This document shows, piece by piece, positions 27,618-42,060 of a DNA stretch of 64,000 nt. The position numbers and the translations under genes were made by a program. The notes beneath the pieces were generated by a model, which was not told the origin of the DNA, searched no databases, and worked only from the letters and a program-made list of their open reading frames with translations. Location: the NCBI GenBank assembly GCA_951804945.1, contig OX638158.1:32798001-32862000 (forward strand). Direction: 5' to 3'. This DNA is from Podarcis cretensis. Lineage: Eukaryota. Positions within the stretch are counted from its first letter, which is position 1. The number at the start of each line of letters is the position of its first letter.

Positions 27618-27973
27618 CATGGGTGGCGTTGTGGTCTAAACCATAGAGCCTAGGGCTTGCCGATCGAAAGGTCGGCAGTTTAAATGCCCGCAATGGGGTG
27701 AGCTCCCATTGCTCGGTCCCTGCTCCTGCCCACCTAGCAGTTCAAAAGCACATCAAGTGCAAGTAGATAAATAGGTACCTCCCCAGCAGGAAGGTAAACG
27801 GTGTTTCCATGTGCTGCTCTGGTTCACCAGAAGCAGCTTTGTCATGCTGGCCACATGACCCAGAAGCTGTCTGCAGACAAACGCTGGCTCCCTCGGCCTA
27901 TAGAGCAAGATGAGCCCGCAACCCCAGAGTTGTCTGCGACTGGACCTAATGGTCAGAGGTACCTTTACCTTTT
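27618..27973 (+). mobile_element. Sauria SINE
   Basis: Same consensus as the other copies, with an ACCTTT tail. Confidence 0.9.
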
Positions 27974-29104
27974 ATGTGAATTTCTAACACTGCTCTTAGG
28001 CAGATAACTATCTAGAAAAGCTCAGAAAAAGATCCAACAACCTGCCCCATAATCTCCCACTCACCTTCCATGGTAATTGCATCTAAGAGAGTACCAAGGG
28101 TTCCTGCATGCTTCTCTCCACTATCCCATGCTGTTAGCCTGGAGAGCCCTCACTTGCACTAGTCCCATATCATATCATATCATAGTCATATCATGTCATA
28201 GTCCCATTCCCTCCTACACTCGTTAGCATATGGCTGAGCTCAGAACTAGAATGCAGTTACAACCTGAGCAATAATGTGCAGAAGAAGGCAAGCTAGTAAA
28301 ACAGTTTGTAGGCTACTGAATGTCTTACTTACATGTGAGACTATTTAGTCTGTGTTTAAAAATAAAGTAGCAGAACTTTCTGGTGATCAAAACAAAGCTG
28401 ATGTTGAATTCAAAGCAAGAACCAAATTATAAATGAATAGCACCCTAACAGTCTTAGAAACATTTGATTTCCTTTATGAGCCATCATATTCACTATCCTC
28501 AACTGCTTAAATTATTTATGTTTCTTTTTTTGTATAATCTGAAAATAATGAAGCCATGATACAAATAAAAGCCTATTATTGGAACAGGGGAGACAATTTT
28601 TTAAATATAGCACTAATACGTGTATGGGGCATCGAAAATTAATTTCAGCTTGTTTAAGCCAGAAGCTTAACCTCAGGTGGCAACACAAAATAGAAACTAG
28701 TTCAACTAAGTCTTTCTATTGCCTCAGGATGTCTTTTGGCAGGTGTACCTCTCATTCCATTCTCTGTATCAGATACTAGTCTTTCTTTACAAATATATAA
28801 CTGACGAGTTTCACTGTGATGGAAAGAAGAAAATACTAGGGTCCAAGAAGCATAAAGTTCTTAAAAGACAGAAATGGAATAGAATTGTGTTCTTGCAATT
28901 AATCATATTTTGGCAGCTAGCTATCCCTATCGGTTAAAAACCATAATTAGTACCTTGGCTCCCAACCCCCCCCCCCCCCCCGGCCACACAAAGTCACTAA
29001 TATTCCTAATAGGGACCAGAAGTCAATGCACAAGGCAATTCTGTAAATGCCAGTCTAAAATTATACTACAAGTAATGTTGAGAACAAATTCCAGCTTACA
29101 TATA

Positions 29105-29458
29105 TAAAGGTAAAGAGACCCCTGACCATTAAGTCCAGTCGCGGACGACTCTGGGTTTTGCGGCGCTCATCTCGCTTTACTGGCCGAGGGAGCTGGCGTT
29201 TGTCCACAGCTTCCTGGTCATGTGGCCAGCATGACTAAGCTGCTTCTGGCGAACCAGAGCAACAAACGAAACCGCCGTTTACCTTCTCACCAGAGCAGTA
29301 CCTATTTATCTACTTACACTTTGATGTGCTTTCGAACTGCTAGGTTGGCAGGAGCAGGGACCGAGTAACGGGAGCTTACCCCGTTGCGGAGATTTGAACC
29401 GCCGACCTTCTGATCGGTAAGCCCTAGGCTCAGTGGTTTAGACCACAGCGCCACCCGT
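29105..29458 (-). mobile_element. Sauria SINE, about 140 bp from the TCF20 large-exon donor
   Basis: Reverse complement of the SINE consensus with an aaaggtaaag tail. Confidence 0.9.
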
Positions 29459-29597
29459 GAGGCCATACCTAATCCACACCATTACAATGGCACCACCATT
29501 GCCAAGGCGTAAGTGAAGGAAATAAAACCAGGAACACAGGAAACACCAAGCTGCTTGAAAAAGAAACATTACAGCATTATTCATTTATGGTACTCAC

Positions 29598-30630
29598 CAT
29601 CTCTTTAGCTATTTCCACAGCTTCTTGCAGCCCATAAAGCCTGCCACAGACCAGGTAAATCCCATTGGCCCAGAGAATACAGCCCTCGTGGACCCAAAAT
29701 TCATTGCTGTCAAGAGGTAGTTCAGGAATTTGTAACTCCAACTCAGGACCACCTTCCGAAGTGGACATGGGGGGTTTAGAGTCCAAAGGAGCTTTTTCAC
29801 CAACATTGCTACCCTCAGTGGTTGCCTTTTTACAAGCAGCGCCTCTCGAAAGGGAACGAGAGGCCCCAGCACAGTCCTCTGAGCGATGCCGTCTCTTAAA
29901 GCGAGGGTGGGCAGTGAGGCTTCTCTGCTCCTTTTGTTGCTGCTGCTGCTCTTCCTCCTCCTCCGTATCTGTCTTGGAACCATTAGACGCACTTTTATGT
30001 CGTACTTTGACCTTATTCTGCATTTCTGTGGCCCTCTTGGGAGGGGGATTCTTGGGCAATGTGGCCGCATAATCCTGGGGATAGAAAGGTCCAAAGAGAT
30101 CACCCATGTTGCGATAGCTGGCCCACTTGCCACACAGGCAACAAACCAGGTGGCCCATGACAGAGGACTCTGTTACTACAGGGCCCTGTAGCATGAAAGA
30201 GGAAATAGGCAGTACTTTGCTCTCAACATTGCTGGGAGGTGGTGTTGATGACCTCTGCCCTTTTCGGCCCCTCACCAGCTTATTCTGCTCCTCTTCCTCT
30301 GCATTAATTATTGTGCATACAGCACCTATCTCACACTTGTTCACTACATGAATATAAGGGAAAAAAGACTTGTTCTTGTTATCAGTTTTATCAAGAGACT
30401 GTGTGGCATATTTCAGTTTGATCTCTGGTTCCTGGGGCTCCACAATTGGAGCAGCACGTCTTGGTTTCCGCTTCCGTGGCTGTGCTGTAGGTTTCCTCCT
30501 CTCCCTTCGCTGTCTCTTAGGTTTAGGTTCTCCACCTCCTGCCTCCTCTGATGGCTGCAGCGCTTCTGGTACTGATGGAAGTGGCGGAAGCAACAACTGT
30601 TGTTGAGGTGGAGGCGGTGGAGGTGGCTGA

Positions 30631-30661
<31 letters not shown>

Positions 30662-33600
30662 TCTTCTGTTTGTTAACACTACCAATAGGCCGCCCCTTCT
30701 TCTTACCAGAAGGAAAATAACCCTTTGGAGGAAATGGATCTGGCTTGGGTGTCACAATGACTGCATCACCACCCTTCTCTTCAGACTTTAGATTTGGTTC
30801 AGGAGTCAAGACTTTGGATGGAGAGACTGTTTTTAATTCGGAAAAGCTTATAGATCCTGCCCCAGTTAGTGAGCCATCTGTTCTTCCCTGACAAACAGAT
30901 TTTTGTGAAGGTGCTGGGATCACAGTAGGCACTGGGGCCTCCTTGACAACACTTGCAAGTTCAGGTGTCTCTTTTTTTACGACCTCATCTCTATCCGCAT
31001 GCCATTCTTCAGAAGATATTGTCAGAGAAATTTCACTAGTCAATTCTTGGCTCTCTTGATCCAGCACAATTTCTTCTTTTATATTTTCTGCTTCCATTCC
31101 ATGATTGGACACATTCCCACCCTCTGGTGGGCCACTCTTCAGTGACAGAATGTCATCAAGGGTCACTGCATCTGGGCCAGCTTCAGCACAATTTGAAGAA
31201 GCACTCCTCCGAACATTAGGGGATGTGATTTTTTGAACAATAGCTTCCAATTTTAACCCACGGCCCTTCCGTGGAGGCAGAATTTTTGTTTTAGCTGGGC
31301 TTGTGAGGGAAACAGCAGAGCAATTTCTATTGTCAGGACTTGGAAGATTCCTAGGAGATTCTCCTTTTGAGAGTGTCTTACTAACATCTTGGCTTTGGGA
31401 AGAATGGGCATAGGAGTTGAGTGTTTTATCAGCTCCATCCTTTGATGAAGTGAGCAGGCGTCCTTTGTCTTCAGTGCCACTATTCTTCATTTCCTGCAAC
31501 TGCCTCTTGCTGGGAATAGGAGAGATAAAAGAGCGGACTCTCCTTCTCATGATTAAAGGATTTTGAGAAGACTGCTCTTCTTGGCCAGGAATCCTTACCA
31601 TGGCATTGCCAGATTTAAGTACATCTCCAGCATCTTCACGCTTGTGTGTATCACTATCTTGAGATGCAAATCTCTTCTGACTAGTTGCTCCTAGAGAGCC
31701 ACTGTTTTTCCCAGTAGTCACCTGTCGGGAAAGATCCCAACCAGATTCTTGTTGCTGAATCTTTTGATTCAAATGTTTAATTTCAGCACACTTATTTTGA
31801 AGAGACCCATCACTCCCTAACAAGCAACGGCTTGTGTCTTGACTGACAGCATCATGGTAAGAACCAGAATGGAGATACATCATTCCATCCTTGTCATTTT
31901 TCAAAGGACTCCTTACTCTGTCCAAGAACTGCTGTTGCCTTGGGCTCTTTCTTGCTGTCTCCTGTCTATGTTGAGCAGCTGCAATCACTCCCTGGGCAGA
32001 GCTGCTACTCCAATCTTTGTATTCTTCCTGTTGTTGTTGGTACAGCTGCCTTTTGTAGTGGTACTGGGAATTCAACCCCTGGTTAGGATCACCAAAAGCA
32101 TGAGATCGAGCATTAGTGTGATAAACTGAAGCCAACGATGAGCTTTCAGAATTTGGAGGGAAAGGAGAGTGTAAGGAACCCCGGTTCACCCTGTCAGAAA
32201 GCACCATATGTGGATTCATGTGGTGAAGATCTGTGCCTGGACCTCTGCTTCTACCTGGTGACATCTTTAATTTGTCTGCCAGATCATGAAACTGAGAGGG
32301 AGATTTACCTCTCATTCCCTCTCGGCTGCTTCCCATTCTGCCGGGTCCTCGCCTGAGCTGTGATCGGCTATCTTGTTGCAAAAGGTACTCTGCTGCAGAA
32401 TCAAGAGCTGCAGCTCCTGGGCTAGCATTGCCTCGGTAAGACTCATGCTTAAAACTTGCAAGATGACAATGGTCTCCAGATTTTTTATTGTTGAGGTTGG
32501 CAGAGGTCTTAGACTGTTCAAAATCTTCTTCCTTGATTTGCCCACTGTGAGACTTTAGCTTTGGTTCCATGGTCACCAGACCACCAGGAAGGATGACTGA
32601 CTGACCAGGAGTTAGACGGTCACTCCTTCCACTCCTGCCATCAGGACCCATGTGTCCCACAGAGTGAGGCCCAGGTTCTCTAGCAATCTGCCTCAAGGGT
32701 GATATATCACAAATAACTGATCTCCTCTCAGAGAGTCCTCCACCTTCATGAGCAGAGGATTGGGACTCTATCTCAAACTTTCGAGGCATGGGATAGTCTG
32801 CTAGATTTATCTGTTTCATCTCAGAAGTTGTGCCACTAGACTTTCTATCCCAGTGGCTCCAGTGTGGATTTTCCAAGAGGGAGCCTATGCTTTTGTTTAA
32901 AAGACCTCTATTACTTAATTCATTGGCTTGATTGATCAGGACATTGGGTCTCATGGTACCCTCGAGAGTTCCAGTCATCCCATGATGATCTTGTGCATTT
33001 CTAGAATATCTTCTGTCAGGGTGATGGTGATAGCCTTGCAAAACTTCCTGCAACAGACTAGGAAATTTCTCATTCCTGCCTTTTCGCTCACTATGCCCTG
33101 GAAAATCCCCTTTATCCTGACCTGAAGGATACTGAGGGAAGTTGCCAGCATTTCTCTGCATACTAGCCCCAATATTGTCTTTGTAGCTATACCTCAAACT
33201 ACCAGGGGATTTTGAAGGCTCGGTTCTGCCCGGAAAACTGGAGCCAACAACAGCATGACCAAGCTGTCCATTCCCATCTCCGTTGTGGTTAGTGCTGCTG
33301 TCCCCACTTTTGCTCCCCTTACTCCCTCCTTGTGGCTCTTGCTGTGGTCCCAGAAGCCCAGTGTCTTTCATCACACTGGCAGAAGATGGTGCTTGAGCAC
33401 CTGTGGAAACATCATCTTGTTGCTGCTTATCCTGCCCACCTGACTTTTCCACTCTGCCCGTCATAGCTTCTCGGGAAACTATCACACCAACTGCCTTTTC
33501 ATTGACCTTCGGGGGTGTCTCCACAGCAACTAAGGCCTCCTTTTCATCAGGAGGAGAGGCCACTTCTTCCTCATCTGCAGGGCTGGTGCTGAGCTTTGGA

Positions 33601-35288
33601 GGCTCATTTTGAGATGCTTGTGTTGGTGATGGGTGGGATCTCTCTAAATTACCCCCCTTGTAGGTGGTATCAGAACTGGTACTCTGACCGCTCAGTTGTC
33701 TCACCCTCTCACCTTGGTCCTCCGAACTACTGGAGCAGCCACCATCAATTGATTCTGCCAGAGGAGACTTGAGCTGTTCCTCTGCTTGGGAAGAGCCTTC
33801 TGAGTTTGTGCAGCTATCAGCCTTTTTAGATAGTGAAGATCTTTTGGAGTTTTTCTTCTGAGGTGCCAAAGCATCTGAAAGTAGCATGTGCTGGACTGTA
33901 TTGGGAAGATTTGCCACTTGACTACTTAAAGCACTTAGGCTGCTTAGTCCTGGATCTGTAAGCCTCTTTTCCTGCAGTCCTTCAAGCCCAAATCCCTTGA
34001 ATCCTCCACCCTGAGCATTGGGACTTGGCATCATGGATGGTGTTGGACTAAGCTGAGGCATCATTTGTAAAATGCGGTTTCTAGAGGCTACAGGCATGTT
34101 GCTTTGTCCACACTGAAGGTTCTCACCACCTGCCATGAGAGGAGATGGAGTGGAGCTGCAGCTTGGGGACTGAACCACAGAGGCAGCTGGTGAGGGGTTA
34201 GATATAGGACTAAAATTCTGGTGGAACTGCATGGGTGATCTCACAGGAACCTCAGCCTGGTTGTACTGACCTACTTGACTCTGAAGAGACAGTTTGGTGG
34301 CAGTATTTGAGTACTGCATTATATGCTGTGAGGGAGGCTGCTGCTGCGGTTGCTGCTGCTGCTGTGACTGCTGTGCCTGTCCCTGTGCCTGCTGACTGCC
34401 TTGGGGTAACTTTGACTGTTCAAAGTTCTTCATTGGCTGTGCCTGAAAGGTGTAGTTTGACTGAGTTCCATAAGTTTGCGAACTCGACCCAACAGCATGT
34501 CCTTCATACTGTGAACCAGCATTCACACTGTAACTGCCATCATAGTTCTGCCCAGATTGGCTAAAACGCTGAGGAGAAGGAAAAGAAGAAGAGGAAGAAG
34601 CAGGAGGCTGATAGTGTTGGCTATACTGACCCACTCGCAACTGATAGCCAGAAGCAGAGGAAGGCAGAGTTGAAGGACGTTGCATTGGCTGCATATGAGA
34701 TGTGCTGGAGGCAGACTGGCTGGAGGCTTGTGGCAAAGGCTGATGAGACTGGTAGAGCTGTTGTCTCATCTGCTGAACCTGTTGCTGCTGCTGGCTCGAA
34801 CTTTGCTGCTGGTACTGAGCACTTCCAGGGGAGAAAGGACCAGTATAATCCTGTTGATAATGGGTCACACCACTAAGGGATGAGTGTTGCGTTTGAAACT
34901 GGCTCACATGACCTTCACTCCCATACTGACTCCCAAAGCTGCTCCCTTGGGGTGGTCCATAGCTCTGTACTGGCCCAGAAGGCCTGCGCTGAGGAAGCTG
35001 CTGCCCTCCGGCTGCCACAGGATCTTTACTTGAGGCCATATAGTAGAATTCTCCTGCTTCCTTTCTGAAACTTTGATAGCTCTGATGTCCAGAGCTCTCA
35101 CCAGCCATTGAGGCAGAACTGCCTGCTGTTCCACGGCGCCCACTGCTGCTGCCACCTCCTCCAAAGCTCTGGAACATCTGAGCCTGCTGGCGGGTGCTAA
35201 ATTCTTCTAGACGGGATGCACCATGCACTTCCTGTGGGTAGTTCTGCTGGTTTCCGTGGTAACTGCTTTGCTCTCGAAAGGACTGCAT
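29598..35288 (-). CDS. TCF20: TCF20 (SPBP) large first coding exon, 1897 codons; exon spans 29598-35324 with 36 nt of 5'UTR
   Basis: ORF begins [23 protein letters not shown], which I recognise as the TCF20 N-terminus. It has Q/S-rich tracts, an AT-hook-like KKKGRPIG, and the start of the ePHD (CCLCGK...[14 protein letters not shown]). Acceptor ctcttttctcttctag|GCGG at 35325; donor GAGATG|gtgagt at 29597 (phase 0). Confidence 0.97.
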
Positions 35289-36839
35289 GCTGTTCAGCTG
35301 CAGACTGACAGCTCAGCAACCCGCCTAGAAGAGAAAAGAGAAAAATAAATTAGCAAAATAATTCCTATTTCCCAGTAAAGTAAGTAGTTTTTAATGTATA
35401 TTTAAAATCACTTGTAGCAATTTCAAACTCAAAACGTCCTCTTGGTTTCTTGTCCTATTATCAGCAGTTTGGCCTGCTATCTAGGAAACTAGAGCAGAAT
35501 GTCAGCTTGATTGTATGTTACAAGGGTACTTAAGAAGATTTTACTAGCTAACTTTTCAACATCTTGTTTGGAGGAATTGTTATGAGAGATGATAGAAATA
35601 CCCTTTCCCAAACCAGCAATGCTGTACTGTTCACAACAGCATCCCACATCAAGAGGCTTGGACTGATGAAACTGCAGATATTTAAAATAGATTTCTTTTC
35701 CAACAGGCATATACAGATGAGCGTAAACACTTAGAGCAAGAAAAACAAAAGACACAAAGAACACACATGTAAATGTTAATTAAGATAATGAAGAGATCAG
35801 ACAGTACTAAAATTACAAGTGAGGGGACTGTTTTTAGAAGGCTATATTCCGAGAGGGCATAATTTTGCTAAAATTGGGGGGGGGGGAGGAATTGGGGGTT
35901 CTGGATTTCATAAAGGACTTCCTCTTCGATATTTTCCTCTCATAATTTGAGTAATGAGCTCAAGTAAACACATCACTCTTTGTCACAACAATGCACCTAT
36001 CAAAGTAAAAGGAGAAGATATGAATTCGTCTGTAATTAGGTGAATTTGCCAATTTAAATTACCAAATGCCATAACTGTAAGACAGGTGACTCCACCATGA
36101 TGTTTGTATGCAATGCATTTCAATTTGTTTCCTTGTGATTTGGTAAGTGTTTAATTTAGGTTCCAGATTATATCTGTGTACAAAGGTTATAAATGTGGTT
36201 TCATTTGTATAGTCATGGCACAGAAACAGTATTTGTTGCAAGCTGTCAGTAGATGAGGCAGATAAGTTGCAACTGTGTGGTGTTCCTTTAAGGGGAATGG
36301 TTTGGGGGTGACACAGGGAGAGGCCTAAAATTCCTCCCCCCAAATTCCTATTAAGTATTATGGAAAGTGAAATCAATTGGGCTTTCCTGCTTTTTTATTC
36401 CCTTTCTTTGCAGTTTAAGAAAGCAGGAGTTAAGTGTGTTATAAGAACAGTTCATTAGTTAGTAAAAGTAATCAGTATGTAAGTATCAGTATTAAAGAAG
36501 TCAATCCTCCAAGAACCATCATTTCTTAGTTGTTGCAATAAGGTATGGAACATTAAAAGAGTAAGGGCTGGCTGCTAATGAAACTAATTAATTCCAACTA
36601 GCAGTCAACATGCACAATTAAAGCAGACCAATTACTTTATCTGCTTAACAATTACATTCTTTGTGAGGTATCACAAGAATAACAGCACAGCATGCAGGTG
36701 TGAAAACATATCCATAGGCTAGAGAAGTTGAAGAGGTTGCTATGAAGCTGCACTGACATGGGATATGCAGGCAAACAAACAGGCTGGGTGAGGAGGATCA
36801 GAACACTCCAACTCTTTTGTGCCCAAAAAGTGGGTTGCC

Positions 36840-37015
36840 AGAGGATGGAAGGCCACTCCTCTGTACCCAACATAGAAATACATAGCATGACAAGGAGCCC
36901 CTGCTGAACACTCTTTGGGCCAGCTTCAAAATCCACCTAACAGACCATCTGGTAAAATGTCATTAAGACAAATATCATGAGAGACTTCGTCAAAAGCCTT
37001 GCAGGAATCAAGTCA
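36840..37015 (-). mobile_element. Old CR1 RT-domain fragment
   Basis: Minus strand reads LDSCKAFDEVSHD, resembling LDFSKAFDKVPH. Confidence 0.5.
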
Positions 37016-37419
37016 TACTTACTAGGTAGTAAGAATTGTGGAGCTGAATGTGACTTACTTTTTAGTAACTATGCTTTGTACTGCACCTCATCTCATGATA
37101 TGGGCAAGCCATTCACATAAAATAGCATGTTTATCATTTGCCTGTTGAAGGATTCCAACATTGTTATTCCTACTTCAAGGGACAAGGGCGGGTATATAAT
37201 TTATTGTTTAAAAAAGATGTGTTCATCATTAGGTGCATATTTCATGCATACTTCTATAGTATAATCACATTACTTCCTAAGTACCGATCAAATTAATTTG
37301 GGTTGGTGCAACAATCTTTTTCTCTCCCCTGGACCCTAAAGAATGTATATGTCACTCTTCAATGGTTTATTAATTTACTACTTTCAATCCTGTGTTTCTG
37401 TTAAGGTGTTTGCGTACAT

Positions 37420-37570
37420 AGTATCTCCCCTTCCATTTTATCCTCACACAACTCCCCTGTAATGTTGCAAAAGATGAAGGGTTAGTATTCCAATGAGCTT
37501 TATGGCCAAGTTTGAATTTGAACCTAGATCTTCTGGTCCCAGTCCAACTCTCTGACCACTACACTATAAA
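37420..37570 (-). mobile_element. Ancient MIR/CORE-like SINE remnant
   Basis: attttatcctcacacaac...tttgaacctagatct...ctctgaccactacact. Confidence 0.45.
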
Positions 37571-39285
37571 TGCTCAAAGATGTTCCATATCCTTAAAGAA
37601 TGAAAAGTATTGTGAAATGAATGAAAGGCATTGTGAGGAAAGCCTTACCCTTCCTTATTCAGAATTTGTGACAATATCCACACAATGCAGAAAAAGACAG
37701 CAAAGTGGTCTTGTTTACGTGAGTAGCTTTCCAGGACGGAAGTGCAGTAAATGGATTAGATCAACGGTTCATCAAATGTCACCTGAGGCCTACAGTTACA
37801 TGACCGCCTTGGGAAGCTGCATGTAGTAATGTCCCTATAGATGAAAAGGCAATATAACAATGGTCCAAGTGCATTACCATAAGTCCAGTTTCAATTCTTG
37901 CACATGACTACACACACATTCAAAAGATAATTTGCAGTATGGTAAGCAGGAGAATGGTTGTCTGAATGGTATATTGAGCCTCTTTATACCCATGGTGACA
38001 GAGATAATGTCAATCAGCCCTCTTAGTGTAAAAGCCAACTGAGACACTTTTGATGAAGCTAAAGAATCAGAAATAAGAAGGCAAAACACCAAGGCCCAGT
38101 TCAGATTATCTAAAGTGTTCTTTAGAATATGATAATCATGAACAAGATCCAGCAAGACTTAGTATTGTGTTCTCACCCTCTCCTCTTGTGGTCCTCTGCA
38201 TGCAAAAGAAGAGTAAATGCTTCTGCTTCCACCACTTTTGACTAAGCAAGAGCTTCCAGCTGCATATGAACTCAGAGCTGAGTTGCATATTACTTCTACT
38301 AAGAGCTGCATATTACCTCTACTTAGTTAACAAGGATATGAAACCTCTGTTTGACCCTGGTTTGCTTTAACTAATTAGTTAGAATAAATCAGAGTTGCTA
38401 GAGATCAGACATATCAAGAAATTGTGGTTTAGTCAAAACCGAAAGGTAAAGCTTTCACTTTTCACCACAGTTGTCATTTCACCACTTGCTGTTTTGTACA
38501 GCTGTCCACTGATATGAAAATATCTCAGGAGATTCATTTTTTAAAAAATTATTTTGTTGTATGTATATGCCACCTTTTTGCCAAAATACTCAAGATGGTT
38601 TACCATTTTGAAATACTAAAACAAATAAACATGATAAAAAGTAGTAACAATCCGCTTAGCCTTAGGCCAACTGGGAGCTGATGGCATAAGCTCCCCGGCC
38701 TGAGCCATAAACACCAGGAAGTGTTTATACTGTTCACGTTGTTGTGAGTAAATAGCCCAAACATCTTAAGAACATAAAACACTTTCCACTGTTGGCCATG
38801 TCCAGACAATCATACCTTGGCTTAATACACTAAACCATAAACAAGACTTTTGCTCCCCCACACAGCCCTTTGCAATACATGCATCACGCCAGGAAGTCTC
38901 CCATTAGCCATTATTTCATTTTTCATGCAAACTGGGCAACTATGGTTATCAGCTTTAGAACAAGCCAGGATATCAAACCAACTTCAAACTGCAGTTTTAT
39001 ATCCTGGCCTGTTCCAAAGCCAGTAACTACAGTGATTCTGTCCATGTGGACAAAATGGTTAATCATGGTTTATCAAAGGCTTCCTCATTTGATTACTAAT
39101 GCTACAAAAGGGCTTTATGTGTAGAAAAATGGCTTGTTTATGTATCTGCTTACTAAGCTGAAATATGATTGTCTGAAACAGGCCACTATTTGCATTACAC
39201 CTATCCCCAACATGATGCCTCCTGGCACATACAGCTAGCTTTTGTGAATTCTTAAAAAGCATACTTTTTGAAACATTTAGAATTA

Positions 39286-39534
39286 CGGTATTTTTTGCTC
39301 TATAAGACTCACTTTTTCCCTCCTAAAAAGGAAGGAAAAATGTGTGTGCGTCTTGTGGGGCGAATGCAGGCTGCGCAGCTATCCCAGAAGCTAGAACAGC
39401 GAGAGGGATCACTGTGCAGCGATCCTTGCTGTTCTGGCTTCTGGGATTCAGAATATATTTTTTTCCTTGTTTTCCTCCTCCAAAAACTAGGTGCGTCTTA
39501 TGGTCTGGTGCGTCTTATAGAACGAAAAATACGG
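39286..39534. mobile_element. Short Tc2-like MITE related to 20137-21454, opposite orientation
   Basis: Ends cggtattttttgctctataagac and gtcttatagaacgaaaaatacgg; TA flanks; subterminal sequence is the reverse complement of the left end of the 20137 element. Confidence 0.85.
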
Positions 39535-40713
39535 TAGTTCAAGAAGGGTGCGATGTGTCAAGAAAACATGTGACACATTTAGCACTAGCAGTATTTTAGC
39601 TGCTGTACATGACACAGACAAGCTACTTAACAGGATAATGAAGTAATAGAAATACAAAAAAGGCCTACAACAAAATCTTGCCGTATAGAGGGTTTCTGTT
39701 CAGGCTTCCAGCAGCATCCCATGTCCACTAAATACAAAGTCCTCATTGAGTTTTTTGAGTTTTTCTCCATTGAGTTTTTGTTCCTCCAAACTTGGTATGC
39801 ACATTTGTCCGAGCTCTATTAAATTCTTAATTTTGCCATTGATGGCTATAGACAATTCTCTCTTCTATCCCTTTGGCATGTTAAAAATAGATTATCAGTG
39901 TGGAAGTATGATATTTTCCTGGGATAGTTTTGGTTCATGCTCTTTGGTGGTGCTGTGAGGTTGGGAATGGGTTGTATTTGGACTGATTAAGTTGATATAA
40001 TTGATACTTTGCATGCATTAACAGAAAGACATTGCATATTAATAAGCAATTCATGAACATAACCACTTTGACTTCACTAGCTCTACATACTAACAAATTT
40101 CTATTGTTTATATCAACCTACTTTAATAATTTCAATATTGTTTCATTTTGCTATACTATCCACAATGACAATATAGTGAGTAGCAGACAACTACATTTAG
40201 ACACGCAATATGCGTAACTGGGATTCTGGTTAATGTGAATTTAACACAGCTGCCCTAGTGGGCCAGAAACTCAGGTTTAAAGAACTCTGTACAGTTTTTT
40301 ATCATTTGAGCAGTTTACATGCTGCATCTCTTCAAATGGACAACTATGTTAACTAGAATATAATCAGCAGTCAAAACTACTGATCACAATGTAGTATCCA
40401 GTTTATGTCAAAATTATTCCACACATTTCCTCCATTGCTAACTCTTTCAGACTAATATTGCAAGGAAAGAAGATCTTGCAGATTTACCATACAATCAGTA
40501 TATATTTTACTCGGGAGGAAATCTTGCTATGTTCAGTGGAGCTTATTCCTAGTTATGTGTGCACAGGATTACAGCCATAGCTGTAGTAGAACTCTACATG
40601 TGTTACACAGGGGACTATCAAGACACAGGCAATGATACTCCCTTGGAAAATAACAAAACCATATTAAACAGCATGTCTCAAAGTTTAAATGCATATTTCA
40701 GAAAAGCATAATA

Positions 40714-41067
40714 CAGTGGTGCCCCGCAAGACGAACGCATCGCAAGACGGAAAACCCGCTAGACGAAAGGGTTTTCCGTTTTGGAGGCGCTTCGCTAAAC
40801 AAATTTCTCTATGGGGTTGCTTCGCAAGACGAAAAAATCTTGCGAGTTCCCACGGGTTTTTTTCGCTCCCCCCCCCTTTCCTAAGCCGCTAAGCCGCTTA
40901 TCAGCTGTTCCGCTGATAAGCCGCTTAACAGCTGATCGCTAAAAGCCGCTAGACCGCTAATAGCGCTAATCCGCTAAGCTGTCAATGGGCTTGCTTCGCA
41001 AGACGAAAAAACCGCTAGACAAAGAGAATCGCGGAACAGATTCTTTTCGTCTTGCGAGGCACCACTG
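40714..41067. mobile_element. Tigger-like MITE (family A)
   Basis: Same TIRs and internal ccgctaag repeats as the 26545 copy. Confidence 0.9.
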
Positions 41068-41695
41068 TACAGCCTTCTTGGAACTGAACCAGTTCTAGAT
41101 GTCAGCAGGATCACAGGTCTGAATGTTCTCCATGACAAAAGAACCCCCAACAACCCATAAGGAGAAGATTAGAACACTTCTCTAACTAGTCTGATACAGT
41201 AGTGACCGGACAAAGTACAAATAAATGTGACTTCACCTCACCCTTTCATCAAGAAGCTCAGGATGTCAATGAACAGGATTATTCCATTTTTCCTCAACAG
41301 CCATTCTGCAGGCACAGTTCAGGCTGAAGGATGGTGACCAAGAACCAATTGCCACCATCAGTTTCACGGCAGAGCAGCATTTAAAGTCAGGTGTCCCCAA
41401 TCTATTTCAAAATTATATACTATGCTTGTTAAATATGCTCTGGATTCCTTTTTTGAACTACTTGCCACCTAATACAGAAGTCAGTGAACTAAGAGTTTGT
41501 TACTTTCTTTTTTAAAAAAAGTAGAATGTACTGAACAAAAAAGCATTGTTTTAATTACTGAGGACAAATACAAGCCTGCTGCCCAAACACTACCTTGTTG
41601 TCATTCACAATTATGATTGTACTGGATAGCATAGATATAGGGGACATATGAACATTTATACTTTTGTTTTTTAAAAAAACTAGTACATTAGGCAA

Positions 41696-42060
41696 GTAAG
41701 GTAAAGATAAAGGTACCCCTGCCCGTACGGGCCAGTCTTGACAGACTCTGGGGTTGTGCGCCCATCTCACTTAAGAGGCCAGGGGCCAGCGCTGTCCGGA
41801 GACACTTCCGGGTCACATGGCCAGCGTGACATCGCTGCTCTGGCGAGCCAGAGCCGCACACGGAAACGCCGTTTACCTTCCCGCTGGTAAGCGGTCCCTA
41901 TTTATCTACTTGCACCCGGAGGTGCTTTCGAACTGCTAGGTTGGCAGGCGCTGGGACCGAGCAGCGGGAGCGCACCCCGCTGCAGGGATTCGAACCGCCG
42001 ACCTTTCGATCGGCAAGCCCTAGGCGCTGAGGCTTTAACCCACAGCGCCACCTGCGTCCC
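41696..42060 (-). mobile_element. Young Sauria SINE (distinct subfamily)
   Basis: Full length and CpG-rich; TSD acattaggcaa at 41685-41695 and 42064-42074. Confidence 0.92.

Noticed and set aside
29577-29597. Last six residues (VSTINE*) of the 1903-aa ORF
   Set aside because: Read-through into the intron past the gtgagt donor; the true frame continues at 6809.
29609-35164. Alternative-frame and antisense ORFs overlapping TCF20
   Set aside because: Shadow ORFs from codon bias and CAG repeats; no independent evidence.
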